Source: a virus
Taxonomy: Duplodnaviria; Heunggongvirae; Uroviricota; Caudoviricetes
Direction: 5' to 3' (one strand)
DNA length: 29,676 bases
Virus record (IMG/VR): IMGVR_UViG_2660238507_000002
Span: 1 to 29,676 of that record
The position numbers and the translations under genes are program-made. Below, piece by piece: positions 18,995 through 28,243 of the stretch; position 1 is the stretch's first letter, and every line of letters begins with the position of its first letter. The notes under the pieces are model-generated. The model was not told the DNA's origin. It did no database searches and was given only the letters and a program-made list of their open reading frames with translations.

Positions 18995-20047
18995 TCACAT
19001 GATCCTTTCTAATTCTGCTTTGAATTTAGATATCATTATTAAATCGGATAATGATCTAGCTCTACTTCGTTGAATACTTTCAACTAAATCTTTCATCTTT
19101 TCATGATTAAAAAATTTAATATAATCGACACATGAATAATGGGTCACGCCCTCAAATCGACTTTCCTTAAAAATCCCAAGGGCAACTCCAATAGAAACAA
19201 CAAATGAAATATTTTTATTAATTTTATAATTTATCAACCTACCTGTGATATTAATAATCTCAGGAATTGTTATTGGACCTAAAGAAGATATAACAACGAG
19301 CACAAAAAATAAAAAAATTTTTGGTGAATATTTGTAATCACCTATTGAATTTGTATTAGTTATGTTTGATTGAACTTTCCTATTTAGCCTTTCATTTATT
19401 TTAGGCATACACGTTAAAATTGTCTCAAATTCAGTATAGATTGTAGGGCCAAATTTGGATTCACTATCAACCCATTTTACGGGCCCTGTATTGATAAATG
19501 ACTTATGACTTTCAAACTTTTTATCTAATATAGGAAGAAGTTTTTTACGTAAAACAGGACTTAATGAAAATGCGCCCAATTCAGCTACAGTGCCATAACT
19601 CTCTACGAGAATAATTACCACATCAGAAAAATCCGCAAGCCATTCTTCAAGTGATAGCGCATTCACATTACTATGAGTTCCTAAATTGCTAATTACTTCC
19701 CATGCTAATTCTGCTCGAAAAGTAACAAATTCTTTATGATGCTTAGCAATATATTTTTCCAGCATCCCTCTATTTGAACAATAAGTCTCATCTCCTCCAC
19801 AAATAAATAATACTTTTGGCAGGATATAATTAAAAGAATTCAAGTTACTTGGAAAAAAACTTGAAATAAAATTTTCTTTTGCTCGTAAATATCTAGGATG
19901 TTTAAACCACATAACAATTAATGCCCATACAAGAGTTCCCGAGACACAAGTTAGCCTGGTGTCTATAAATGACACAAGGCTAACTTGTGTCGAGATACCA
20001 AGCAATCCATACGAGTTGGCTAAACACCAACCACTAGAAAGTAACAT
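18995..20047 (-). CDS. retron effector candidate: NDT/SLOG-like domain followed by two predicted transmembrane helices
   Basis: ORF translationally coupled to RT; contains ..VVIILVESYGTVAELGAF.. (resembles nucleoside deoxyribosyltransferase-like Glu motif) and hydrophobic stretches KIFLFFVLVVISSLGPITIPEII and ISFVVSIGVALGIF. Start uncertain: first 46 codons overlap a strong hairpin and look non-protein-like, so true start may be ATG at 19912. Confidence 0.6.
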   Translation of the reverse strand: MLLSSGWCLANSYGLLGISTQVSLVSFIDTRLTCVSGTLVWALIVMWFKHPRYLRAKENFISSFFPSNLNSFNYILPKVLFICGGDETYCSNRGMLEKYIAKHHKEFVTFRAELAWEVISNLGTHSNVNALSLEEWLADFSDVVIILVESYGTVAELGAFSLSPVLRKKLLPILDKKFESHKSFINTGPVKWVDSESKFGPTIYTEFETILTCMPKINERLNRKVQSNITNTNSIGDYKYSPKIFLFFVLVVISSLGPITIPEIINITGRLINYKINKNISFVVSIGVALGIFKESRFEGVTHYSCVDYIKFFNHEKMKDLVESIQRSRARSLSDLIMISKFKAELERIM

Positions 20048-20110
20048 ATTGAATGTACTTTCCTGCTAAGGGCACAGCTAGGCTAGCACTAACATACGGA
20101 TTATTCAAGT
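19915..20110 (-). ncRNA. candidate retron msr-msd non-coding RNA (extent approximate)
   Basis: Position immediately upstream of effector-RT operon; contains very stable hairpin at 19941-19993 as expected for an msd stem; a1/a2 repeats and branching G not identified. Confidence 0.3.
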
Positions 20111-20129
20111 GAATGCAGCTCAGCGCGCG

Positions 20130-20148
20130 CTCGTATCCCCGCCACGCC
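20130..20148. other. candidate cos site (cohesive-end sequence)
   Basis: Minus-strand GGCGTGGCGGGGATACGAG resembles the P2 19-nt cohesive end GGCGAGGCGGGGAAAGCAC as I recall it (about 14/19 identical); GC-rich island between two AT-rich inserts. Confidence 0.3.
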
Positions 20149-20193
20149 TGCCCGCTTTATGTAGTAGTTTTCATGCAGGTGCATGATCTACGC

Positions 20194-20217
20194 AAAAGCC
20201 CGCCAGTTCTGGCGGGC
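20194..20217 (-). terminator. rho-independent terminator ending the upstream two-gene cassette
   Basis: GCCCGCC-agaact-GGCGGGC hairpin followed by TTTT on the minus strand. Confidence 0.7.
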
Positions 20218-20265
20218 CTTAGCAAAAACGATCCTCAAACGATCATGCGATCTCATGCAGCATAG

Positions 20266-21108
20266 TCATGCACGATCATTTGACTCAGCATCTGCTGCAC
20301 GCTTGCTGCGCGAAGATGCACTTTTACTACCAATCTTTCGACAGTTCTTTCTATCCCTGGCTTCATTTTCTTTAAATTTGTTATATGTCTCAGTATCAAA
20401 AAACGAAATTGTTTCAACCTCATCTTTTGGTATGAGCACACGGAAATCTTCGATATTAAGCCGAGACATTCCACTTATCACACCACTATCAAGATAATGT
20501 TGGTGATAGTTAGTCGTGATACTAATCGTTAGATCATCTTTATCCCGATATCCGCTTAACATCGGGAGAAGTTCAAGGTGTTCTGAAAGCCCGTTTTCTA
20601 ACGCCGGACAAGTAACAAGACCAACATAGATTTTGCGAGACGACAGAGTTGCTATGATCGGAAACTGTCTTGCGGACGCTTCCATGAGTAATGATTCGAA
20701 AGCGTTATTACCCACAGCTTTAGCTAAGGCATCCCAGCGACGATCTCCACGTGATGTGCGTAACTTATTTCCAAAACCTGAAATCGCAGCGAGAACAATT
20801 GAAATCATAACCCATGCTATCTGTTTGATTTCATTTATTCTTTGAAGTTTGTCTTTCGATGAAGACAACATGCCATTAAAACTGTCAGGTGTTAGATTCA
20901 AGGCATTAGCCAGCCAACGAAACCCTCCGCTGACGTTCAAAATAAAGGTGAAAAAACCGCCAAGGAGAAAAAAAACGATACCCCAGGCAGCCACAAAAAA
21001 ATAAGCGTCCCAGCCGTTGGAACGCTTATATCGGTATCTTGTTGAAAGTGATAGGTTTACATAAATAAAACCACTAACCAAAATCACTGCTAAAAGTAAT
21101 GTTGCCAT
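20266..21108 (-). CDS. hypothetical membrane protein (3 predicted N-terminal TM helices plus ~160-aa soluble C-terminal domain)
   Basis: 280-aa ORF, AT-rich, start overlaps upstream gene stop (TAATG); no recognisable family. Confidence 0.65.
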   Translation of the reverse strand: MATLLLAVILVSGFIYVNLSLSTRYRYKRSNGWDAYFFVAAWGIVFFLLGGFFTFILNVSGGFRWLANALNLTPDSFNGMLSSSKDKLQRINEIKQIAWVMISIVLAAISGFGNKLRTSRGDRRWDALAKAVGNNAFESLLMEASARQFPIIATLSSRKIYVGLVTCPALENGLSEHLELLPMLSGYRDKDDLTISITTNYHQHYLDSGVISGMSRLNIEDFRVLIPKDEVETISFFDTETYNKFKENEARDRKNCRKIGSKSASSRSKRAADAESNDRA

Positions 21109-21323
21109 TATCTGGTTCTATTAGTTTTCTCTTTTACAGTGCTCGTTTTGATGCCTTCAAGCTTATCCATCTGTGCCTTGATGGCATCCATTGCTCTTTT
21201 GTTAGACAAGTCTACGGACACAAAACCATCTTTACTAAGATTGAGTTTGTCCTGGTTCTCTTTAAGAACCCTTGCCAGACGTTCAACTGGGTTACCCAGG
21301 CTAAATGCGGCGATGCTTGACAT
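21108..21323 (-). CDS. hypothetical small soluble protein, first gene of two-gene cassette
   Basis: 71-aa ORF with strong RBS AAGGGGGAG 5 nt upstream of ATG; translationally coupled to the 280-aa gene. Confidence 0.6.
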   Translation of the reverse strand: MSSIAAFSLGNPVERLARVLKENQDKLNLSKDGFVSVDLSNKRAMDAIKAQMDKLEGIKTSTVKEKTNRTR

Positions 21324-21593
21324 AACTCCCCCTTTTCACATGGCGCGGAAGTCTACACTCCGACGCCTACAACCTCAACAGATTATCTTTAAAATTTAGA
21401 CAACAATATCATCTGTTGATTTCGTTACTTAAACTTAAGTTCAATGCGCTCGATCATGCAAGCGGTTTCTTAAGAACTGTTAATTTCCTGGCATATATAG
21501 TGGTTAAGATAACAAATTGACACTAACGCCTCGCATAGCTCGTTGTTCAACCTTGCTGACGCCAGAAGCAAGTTCAGACGCCAGCAACGTTTC

Positions 21594-21827
21594 TTAATGC
21601 AGCCAGCTGTCGTCTTCCCACACCTTCTGCATAATTTTCATCACTTGCTTCCTTTCTTCGTCCAGTTGCAGTCCGGTCAGTTCCACACCGTTAGAGCTAC
21701 CTTTACGGATACGAATTACCGTTTTGGGATATAGGGGGCGCAGATTGCGGTAAAGCTCGGATTCAAGGGCGTCCAGGGTAGACTGGCTAATCTTCTGCTC
21801 TTTATCGATCATTATTTCAATGCGCAT
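21594..21827 (-). CDS. DinI-like / Tum-like protein
   Basis: Translation from MRIEIMIDKEQ... resembles DinI (MRIEVTIAK..); own RBS GAGGGGA upstream of ATG at 21827; ORF-track start at 21899 judged an upstream artefact. Confidence 0.7.
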   Translation of the reverse strand: MRIEIMIDKEQKISQSTLDALESELYRNLRPLYPKTVIRIRKGSSNGVELTGLQLDEERKQVMKIMQKVWEDDSWLH

Positions 21828-21837
21828 AAAAGTCCCC

Positions 21838-22026
21838 TCAGCTGATGACATCCATTGAGCGGTTGTATTCGTGGCTTCTGATTTTTGCCATGAGTTCATC
21901 TGTCAGTTCAGAAACCCACTGCAGGGCCAACCCCTTCTCTTCATCACTACACTCACTAGCCGCTACAAGCTTAAGAAAAAAATCAATGCGTTGGAGCTTC
22001 AAAGACTCCCAAAAATAGTCCTGCAT
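21838..22026 (-). CDS. hypothetical small protein, first gene of LexA-box operon
   Basis: 62-aa ORF from ATG at 22026 preceded by AGGAGG; upstream part of ORF-track frame overlaps the LexA box and is probably non-coding. Confidence 0.5.
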   Translation of the reverse strand: MQDYFWESLKLQRIDFFLKLVAASECSDEEKGLALQWVSELTDELMAKIRSHEYNRSMDVIS

Positions 22027-22067
22027 CTTTCCTCCTATGACACCACAAGCAATACTGTATGCATAAC

Positions 22068-22087
22068 CACTGTTTATATTTACAGTA
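22068..22087. promoter_or_regulatory. LexA (SOS) box
   Basis: CACTGTTTATATTTACAGTA = CTGT-N8-ACAG consensus, ~45 bp upstream of the small ORF / DinI-like operon; adjacent partial box TACTGTATGCATAACCAC. Confidence 0.7.
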
Positions 22088-22179
22088 TATAATAATCTTA
22101 CTGATGTAAAACGTTTTTTTACGTTCATCAGCCTGATATGCCGGGTATTATTAAGAGCACGAATTGTTAACCCGCGTAA

Positions 22180-24594
22180 TTAATACAGGTTCCGCCACTT
22201 ATCATCTTCCTGCAAACGCTGGTTCCGATAGAAGATACGCAGGCCTGCTCCTGACGGAATGCTGCCGCCGCGAAGGAGTAAATCGACCTCTTTCTCGCTG
22301 CCATCAAATCCTCTGGACTTCAGTTCATAGACGAGCTGCTGTCGTTGATGGTCTGTAATTCGCTGTTTGTAGTCTCTACGCCGTTTCGGTTTCACCAGGC
22401 GTAACCTTGCAGCCAGTTCCCGGCGCTCTTTTTTGTTCATACTGTGCAGGTAATCGTGCAACTCCTTGTCATCCATACGGGTGATATCCGTTCTGGTATC
22501 CCCATCAGCTGATTTGTCTTTCCCTTGTTGGTACAAATTTTCAGCAAGGGGACAGTTATTGCCACGAGTCCAAGGGGCGCAAGCGCCCTGGTCGGCTGCC
22601 GCCTCCTGAACGTCAACGGCTTTACGGACCATTTTCCACTTCACTGCATGAGTGCAGATCTTGCCCTCTGCAATGGGTGACCAGATGCCATAAATACGAA
22701 TACCGTGATCGCCATAGGCGGTCGGCTCTTCGTTGATTTCATAAGCGGTTCTGATGAGGTGATATTTACGGGGAACCAGTACGCCGCCCTGCTTCATGAT
22801 GTAGGTGGCAAAGCAACCAGCATCAGCTGCAGCCAGAATGGCATCAAGGCGCGGGTTATCCAGTACCGGCGCACCTGCTTTTTTGTCACCCTGTTGCCTT
22901 GCCGCCTGACCAGCCAGCAATCGCAGTTCACGGTAAGCCTGACGCCCCGGAATGCCAAAGAAGCGGAATTGCTGAACACGATGCAGAGACGCCCAGGCAT
23001 TAACGTATTCAGCGTTATCACGCAGAGATTTACCCGTTTCCTTGCTGATCTCGCCAGCCAGACCACGCCCGTCAATGTTCTTACTGATGTATTTCGCGAT
23101 GTAGCTTGTTGGTGTACCTTTGCGCGGGTTTATCAGCTCAGACTTAAAGCGTGGTCCTGTGTTATTACCCAGCTCCTCGCGGTCTTCACGAATGGCAAAC
23201 TTACGCAACAAAGCAGTAATGGCGCGGCGATCTTTTTTGCGCATAAAACACAACAGGTGCCAGTGAACTGTACCGTCATGATGCGGCTCAGCCACCCGCA
23301 CGCCATACCAGCGCAATCCGGCTTTGTACATCGCCTTACGAAATGCAGCAAACATGCCGACCAGATAATCACTGCTTTGTCTTACCGTCGCATTTGTCCA
23401 GTTCGGGTTGGGCCTGCCGTTATTTAGCGTGGAATGGAAACGTGACGGACAGGTGATGGTGTAGAAAACGGCGCAGTCACCGCGCATTTCCGCGATAAGC
23501 TCCAGACCTTTAACACATGCCATCATCTCATTGCGGCGATGCGCCGGGTTGCTACTACTGGCGTTTACCACGTCCTCCATATCCAGCGTGTCGCCGTCTT
23601 CGTTCACCAGTTCATGAGAACGGAAAAACTCCAGCGACTTACGGCGCTGCTCACGTTTATGCATCACGGCTTCATAGCTGACATAGGGAGATGCTTTTTT
23701 GCTGACCAGGCAAACAGCACGCAACTGCTCTTCCCGCCATTCGAAACGCATCTTCCATAATTTCCGATACCACCAGTCGGCGCACAACATACGCGCCAGC
23801 GAACCCGGAATGAGTTCATAGGGTACGGGTTTACGGCGGTTTCTTTTCCGGCGGAGTTGCTCAAACGCAGGAGGGATGACATCCAGACGCAGGGTTTCCG
23901 CCGCCACCCTTTCCCATGTCTTGCGGATTTCTTCTGGCTTAACGTCATCGGTGGCATACAAATCACCACAAGCTGCATCAAGGCACATGCTCATATGCGC
24001 GGCAACAAGGGTAGACAGGCGCTTCACCTGATCCTGACTCATTTCAGGCAAGATCAGCAGGCCGTCCAGCCCTTCATGGCTTGCCATAAAACGAAAAGAT
24101 GCAGATAGCTGGCTGTCGCGTACATGCTCTAGTCGTTCCAGACATGGTTTAATCGTCTCACGCAAATAGCGGGAATAAGCCTTTGGCCTGCCCAGGCTGC
24201 TGAAGTATTCAATACGTTGCATCAGCGGCTTGCTGATATGGGAAGGCTGGGCGTTAACGTCCGCCAGTATGACCATGTCCGGATTAAAACGCTGCTGCTC
24301 ATGCACCAGCTTTGCCCGGCTAATGAGCTTATCCTGCTCCATTTCGCGCTGGACAGGATCACGGGATTCATTAAAGAAATAACGCTCCCAGACCTGATCA
24401 CTCAGTGCCTCGCGGCGCAGTTGTTCCTGCTTGTTATCGGCAGCGTACAGAGTGATCAGGTTTGAAAGCGCAGAAACCGGCGCAACTTCCGCCGGGTCCA
24501 GATAAGGGTTAATCGCCTTTTTCGGGCTGTTCCATGAGAATGCTGCGGCGGCCTCGTTAAAGCCGCTGCAGTTGTTCATATCAGCATGTCTCAT
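22180..24594 (-). CDS. A: replication initiation protein A (rolling-circle endonuclease)
   Basis: 804-aa ORF at the position of P2/186 gene A; start overlaps dam stop. Confidence 0.8.
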   Translation of the reverse strand: MRHADMNNCSGFNEAAAAFSWNSPKKAINPYLDPAEVAPVSALSNLITLYAADNKQEQLRREALSDQVWERYFFNESRDPVQREMEQDKLISRAKLVHEQQRFNPDMVILADVNAQPSHISKPLMQRIEYFSSLGRPKAYSRYLRETIKPCLERLEHVRDSQLSASFRFMASHEGLDGLLILPEMSQDQVKRLSTLVAAHMSMCLDAACGDLYATDDVKPEEIRKTWERVAAETLRLDVIPPAFEQLRRKRNRRKPVPYELIPGSLARMLCADWWYRKLWKMRFEWREEQLRAVCLVSKKASPYVSYEAVMHKREQRRKSLEFFRSHELVNEDGDTLDMEDVVNASSSNPAHRRNEMMACVKGLELIAEMRGDCAVFYTITCPSRFHSTLNNGRPNPNWTNATVRQSSDYLVGMFAAFRKAMYKAGLRWYGVRVAEPHHDGTVHWHLLCFMRKKDRRAITALLRKFAIREDREELGNNTGPRFKSELINPRKGTPTSYIAKYISKNIDGRGLAGEISKETGKSLRDNAEYVNAWASLHRVQQFRFFGIPGRQAYRELRLLAGQAARQQGDKKAGAPVLDNPRLDAILAAADAGCFATYIMKQGGVLVPRKYHLIRTAYEINEEPTAYGDHGIRIYGIWSPIAEGKICTHAVKWKMVRKAVDVQEAAADQGACAPWTRGNNCPLAENLYQQGKDKSADGDTRTDITRMDDKELHDYLHSMNKKERRELAARLRLVKPKRRRDYKQRITDHQRQQLVYELKSRGFDGSEKEVDLLLRGGSIPSGAGLRIFYRNQRLQEDDKWRNLY

Positions 24595-25448
24595 GCACGT
24601 ACTCCGTACACGGCAGAACTATCCACGCCACGCGAAGGATCAAATCCCACCCAGCAGCGCGCCCCAGAAACAGCGATGATTTCTGTTGCAGATTTACTCT
24701 CACCAGCTGCTACGCCGATGCTGCGTTTTGCCTTGATGTAGTGGTGAGTAAAATTGCGATACAGCGAACGGATCAGGGATGTGTCACTGTTAGAAACAAT
24801 GACCGGATGTCCTTCTGATGACCGATGTTCAAGAACGGATGCCAGGTGATACTGGTCATCTTCAGTGAAACCATCAGTGTGATAGCTGGAAAACGTACCG
24901 TCATACGGCGGATCGCAATACACCACATCCCCCGCCTTCAACATCGCCAGCGTTTCATCAAAGCTGGCGCAGATAAACGTTGCTCGTTGGGCTTTCTCTG
25001 CAAATGCGCGAATTTCTTTTTCAGGGAAATACGGATTTTTATAATTACCGTAGGGAATGTTGAAATGCCCGCTCTTGTTATAGCGACATAACCCACGGTA
25101 ACCGTGACGATTGAGATACAGGAAATATACCGCTTTCATGAAATCAGTAATTTCAGTTGAGTAATTAAACTCCTGCCTTATGTTGTAATAAGCCACCTCC
25201 CTGTTTGCTTCCTTAAATAAAACTCTGGCGCGAGATATAAACGATTCACAATCAGCGGCAACCTTTTTATAGAGGTTGATTAAATCAGGATTAATATCCG
25301 CAACCAGATAGCTGGGATAATCCGTCTCCATCATCACAGCACAGGAACCCGCGAAAGGTTCAACCAGTCGCGGGCCAGCTGGAAGATGTTTTTTCAGTTC
25401 GGACATTACGGCGGTTTTATTTCCCGCCCATTTCAGGATGGTGCTCAT
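24591..25448 (-). CDS. dam: DNA adenine methyltransferase (Dam-like, GATC)
   Basis: Motif [11 protein letters not shown] and motif IV DPPY; start taken at ATG 25448 ([11 protein letters not shown]), overlapping TraR-like stop. Confidence 0.85.
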   Translation of the reverse strand: MSTILKWAGNKTAVMSELKKHLPAGPRLVEPFAGSCAVMMETDYPSYLVADINPDLINLYKKVAADCESFISRARVLFKEANREVAYYNIRQEFNYSTEITDFMKAVYFLYLNRHGYRGLCRYNKSGHFNIPYGNYKNPYFPEKEIRAFAEKAQRATFICASFDETLAMLKAGDVVYCDPPYDGTFSSYHTDGFTEDDQYHLASVLEHRSSEGHPVIVSNSDTSLIRSLYRNFTHHYIKAKRSIGVAAGESKSATEIIAVSGARCWVGFDPSRGVDSSAVYGVRA

Positions 25449-25672
25449 ACAGCACCTCCGTTGTAATGTTTGCCTTTCAGCTCTGCGATTTCCTGACAGG
25501 TAATGCAAAGCTGCACACCTGGAATGGCGCGGCGGCGTGCTGGCGGAATTGGCGCTTCACACTCAATGCAAAGCACGCGGGACACGCCCGGCGTTTTGGC
25601 ACGGGCAGCACGGATATGGCGCTGGCGTTCTTCTTCAACGCGCTGCTGTACGAGATCCATTGCATCAGCCAT
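25445..25672 (-). CDS. TraR/DksA-family C4 zinc-finger protein
   Basis: 75-aa ORF with CxxC...CxxC (CIECEAPIPPARRRAIPGVQLCITCQ). Confidence 0.8.
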   Translation of the reverse strand: MADAMDLVQQRVEEERQRHIRAARAKTPGVSRVLCIECEAPIPPARRRAIPGVQLCITCQEIAELKGKHYNGGAV

Positions 25673-25911
25673 TAGTGGATCTCCTGCGCTTCGTTCTGGA
25701 TTGCTTCAGCAGTTACACGCAGTAGTTCTGCTGCTTCGACGTGGTTTAGCTGGCGGGATGTGATATGACACGCCAGGCTATCAAGGCGAGCTGCCATTGC
25801 TTCAGCCCTTGCCCGGCGTTCTTCCAGACGAGCCTCTGTCAGTAAAATATTAAGCCCTGCATCATCCGGTCCGGTTTTAGTCTTGAGGGTTTCAATATTA
25901 CGCATAATCAA
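25672..25911 (-). CDS. hypothetical phage protein
   Basis: 79-aa ORF translationally coupled to TraR-like gene. Confidence 0.5.
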   Translation of the reverse strand: MIMRNIETLKTKTGPDDAGLNILLTEARLEERRARAEAMAARLDSLACHITSRQLNHVEAAELLRVTAEAIQNEAQEIH

Positions 25912-25972
25912 TTCTCCTGAATTTAGATAAAGGGATACCCGGCGGGTTTACGCCATTAATTTCATTAGTTGG

Positions 25973-26314
25973 TTAATTCGGCATGGTTAGCCGTCTGGGA
26001 AATAAGCTCACCACTGCACGAAAATGATTCATTGCTTTAATCAACTCCCGCTTTTCGTCAGTGGTCAGCTCATTAATGCTGATGCTATGACGTTCAGCTG
26101 GAATTTTTGCCATAAAGAATATGGCAGCCAGTGCTCGTTTATTCTGTTCGTTATTGATATCCCGTGGATCACGCATATCTTTAATAAACCGCTCAAGCTC
26201 TGACTCAATATTCAGGCCAAATACTTTCGCCCTTAACTCCGCAATGTGATTAAGTCCATTCAGGCGTTCACCGGGGCTTAATGGAACAGTTGCTGCAGCG
26301 CCATTAATTGCCAT
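25973..26314 (-). CDS. hypothetical phage protein
   Basis: 113-aa ORF in early operon; no family recognised. Confidence 0.45.
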   Translation of the reverse strand: MAINGAAATVPLSPGERLNGLNHIAELRAKVFGLNIESELERFIKDMRDPRDINNEQNKRALAAIFFMAKIPAERHSISINELTTDEKRELIKAMNHFRAVVSLFPRRLTMPN

Positions 26315-26336
26315 ACTTCATATCCCCCAAACGCAG

Positions 26337-26561
26337 CTATCGTTCTTTGTTCTTACGGTAACGCTCAAGAGGAGATACATTTTTTCGTATCGTCTCTTTA
26401 ACCTGCTCTCCCCGTAAAAACGTCCCATCCTTTAACGCGAAAAAGTAACTGCCATCGCCCGACAATGACGGATAGCAACAGAGCAAATCATCTTCAGGTA
26501 CTGAATAACTCTCCCCTCTGTAACGAAACTGATAAACCACTTCACTTTCTGCCGCATACAT
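26337..26561 (-). CDS. hypothetical small phage protein
   Basis: 74-aa ORF with GGAG RBS upstream. Confidence 0.45.
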   Translation of the reverse strand: MYAAESEVVYQFRYRGESYSVPEDDLLCCYPSLSGDGSYFFALKDGTFLRGEQVKETIRKNVSPLERYRKNKER

Positions 26562-26728
26562 TTGGACTTTCTCCGTTTCCTCGTGGTCAATTCAGACAGC
26601 AATTCATCTTGTGAATGACATGGATGCCAGCGTTTTCCATCCTCACCCGTGATCCAGCCGTGACCGTAGTGCATTGCCGGGCTTTGTTTTACCAGCAGCG
26701 ATGCAAATGATGGTTCTTTCGTCAGCAT
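26432..26728 (-). CDS. hypothetical small phage protein (C-terminal extent doubtful)
   Basis: ATG at 26728 preceded by GAGGTG RBS directly downstream of cII; overlaps next ORF in another frame. Confidence 0.3.
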   Translation of the reverse strand: MLTKEPSFASLLVKQSPAMHYGHGWITGEDGKRWHPCHSQDELLSELTTRKRRKSKCMRQKVKWFISFVTEGRVIQYLKMICSVAIRHCRAMAVTFSR

Positions 26729-26735
26729 AAGCACC

Positions 26736-27254
26736 TCACAGCAAACCGAATGAAGCACCGAGGCCAGTCACGGTATCAACTGCACTCGCCATCGCAGGGT
26801 TAGCCTGTAAACGGGCCTGCAATGAAACAGCAGCCAACGCCATCAGTCGTGTTACAGAGTTAATGCTGCTGATAGCATCACGACGACCTGCACTGGTTTT
26901 TACATCGCCAGATACCGCACCTGCAGCAACACGCCCGATCTCTGCGGTTGCACTCATGACGTAATGTGGCAGTTTCTCTTTTGCCACCTCATTAATTGGT
27001 ACGCATGGCAGGCAGTGAATCTGTGCCAGAAAACCATCTACCAACGTTGAATCTTCAGTCAGATCGGTAAGCAGCCAGATTTCTGGTGCGGTTAATAAAT
27101 GAGGTTGAGCTGGGTTCAGCTTGTTCCGCAGAATCTGCACATTCATGCCCGCACGTTCTGCCAGTTGCACCAGATTGTGGCGCAGTGCGAATGCACGACA
27201 GGCTTCATCAAAATGTGGATGTTTGGAAACTTGGTAATCAAACATGGTTTTCAA
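26736..27254 (-). CDS. cII: CII-like lysogeny establishment regulator (186 type)
   Basis: Translation (..[43 protein letters not shown]..) resembles phage 186 CII; true start may be the internal Met. Confidence 0.75.
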   Translation of the reverse strand: MKTMFDYQVSKHPHFDEACRAFALRHNLVQLAERAGMNVQILRNKLNPAQPHLLTAPEIWLLTDLTEDSTLVDGFLAQIHCLPCVPINEVAKEKLPHYVMSATAEIGRVAAGAVSGDVKTSAGRRDAISSINSVTRLMALAAVSLQARLQANPAMASAVDTVTGLGASFGLL

Positions 27255-27309
27255 CTCCGAACTTATCGCAAAATCGAACTCAGCGTCTTATTGCGAAAAT
27301 AGACGTCTA

Positions 27310-27513
27310 TTAAGCAGACAAAGCATCAACAGTCAGAGCAGCCAGGTTAATCATTACCTTTTCACGTTTTTTGTCTTTACGAAGACGATGACGAGGTAGT
27401 CGGCCATCAGCCAACATGTCGTTAATCGTATCAATAGAAAGGCCAGTCAGTTCGCTATAACGTTCGATTGTGACATGTGGTGTATTCAGAGTAATTGAAA
27501 TGTTAGGTGTCAT
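27310..27513 (-). CDS. apl: Apl/Cox-like excisionase and repressor of the lysogenic promoter
   Basis: 67-aa basic ORF first in the rightward early operon, divergent from cI; RBS AAGGAA. Confidence 0.7.
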   Translation of the reverse strand: MTPNISITLNTPHVTIERYSELTGLSIDTINDMLADGRLPRHRLRKDKKREKVMINLAALTVDALSA

Positions 27514-27658
27514 AAGGCAACATTCCTTCTAGATATGGCTTGTGGCGAGCCGTTGTTTGTCGTGATTAGTAGTGAAGGCTCCAAAAGAACACTTCTGGTT
27601 CAACTTTAAGATCGCTTTTGGAATCTGTCAACGAATTTTGGATTTCTTTGGAGGACTT
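27514..27658. promoter_or_regulatory. lysis-lysogeny switch region (pR / pL promoters and operators)
   Basis: Intergenic region between divergently oriented apl-cII and cI-int operons; individual -10/-35 elements not confidently assigned. Confidence 0.5.
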
Positions 27659-28228
27659 GTGGATTTCAATAGCGGCGGTAAGAAAGCCATAGAACGTTTA
27701 GTTGAAGCATATGGGTTCGGTACCCGTCAGGCTCTCTGTGATCATTTAGGTGTTTCTAAGAGCACCATGGCAACGCGCTATATGCGTGATATTTTTCCAG
27801 CAGATTGGGTAATCCAGTGCGCCCTTGAAACCGGCACCTCGCTTAATTGGCTAACAACAGGGCATGGTTCAAAGCAAGCATCAGCAAATACAAATACTAT
27901 AGAAGTAGAAAAATATTTATTGTCTGATGGAGCATTGCAGAAAGACGGTTTTTATATTTTTGATAAGGAATTTCTACCCTCTACGTTTAAAAAACCTTTT
28001 GTCATCACAGATAACAATTCTGAATTTATTTGTGATAAAGAATTTGATGATATACGTGATGGTAAATGGGTAATAAGTATTGATGGCGAAATAACGATCC
28101 GTGACATTACTCGTTTACCCGGTGGAAGAATCTTCGTCGAGGGTGGAAACAGAGCCTTCGAATGCAAGATAGAAGACATTGAAATAATTGGTAAAATTAT
28201 AAGTTTAACAGTCAAGTATGTTAAATAG
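27659..28228 (+). CDS. cI: CI-like immunity repressor (186 type)
   Basis: GTG start preceded by GGAGGA RBS; N-terminal helix-turn-helix (TRQALCDHLGVSKSTMATRY); position between switch region and int. Confidence 0.7.
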   Translation: MDFNSGGKKAIERLVEAYGFGTRQALCDHLGVSKSTMATRYMRDIFPADWVIQCALETGTSLNWLTTGHGSKQASANTNTIEVEKYLLSDGALQKDGFYIFDKEFLPSTFKKPFVITDNNSEFICDKEFDDIRDGKWVISIDGEITIRDITRLPGGRIFVEGGNRAFECKIEDIEIIGKIISLTVKYVK

Positions 28229-28243
28229 TACCGGGAGGAAACT

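Noticed and set aside
21594-22026. Possible frameshifted single tum gene (62-aa ORF and DinI-like ORF overlap in different frames)
   Set aside because: Each ORF has its own strong RBS (AGGAGG; GAGGGGA) and the DinI-like ATG at 21827 lies after the upstream stop, so two separate genes is the simpler reading
18029-22179. CRISPR array or other tandem repeat in the AT-rich accessory region
   Set aside because: No regularly spaced direct repeats seen; the only repetition is the short GATC-containing inverted motifs around 20181-20280
26432-26758. 108-aa ORF as given in the ORF track
   Set aside because: First 10 codons overlap the cII 3' end and the C-terminal third overlaps the next ORF in another frame with odd composition; only an N-terminal portion from ATG 26728 is plausibly coding
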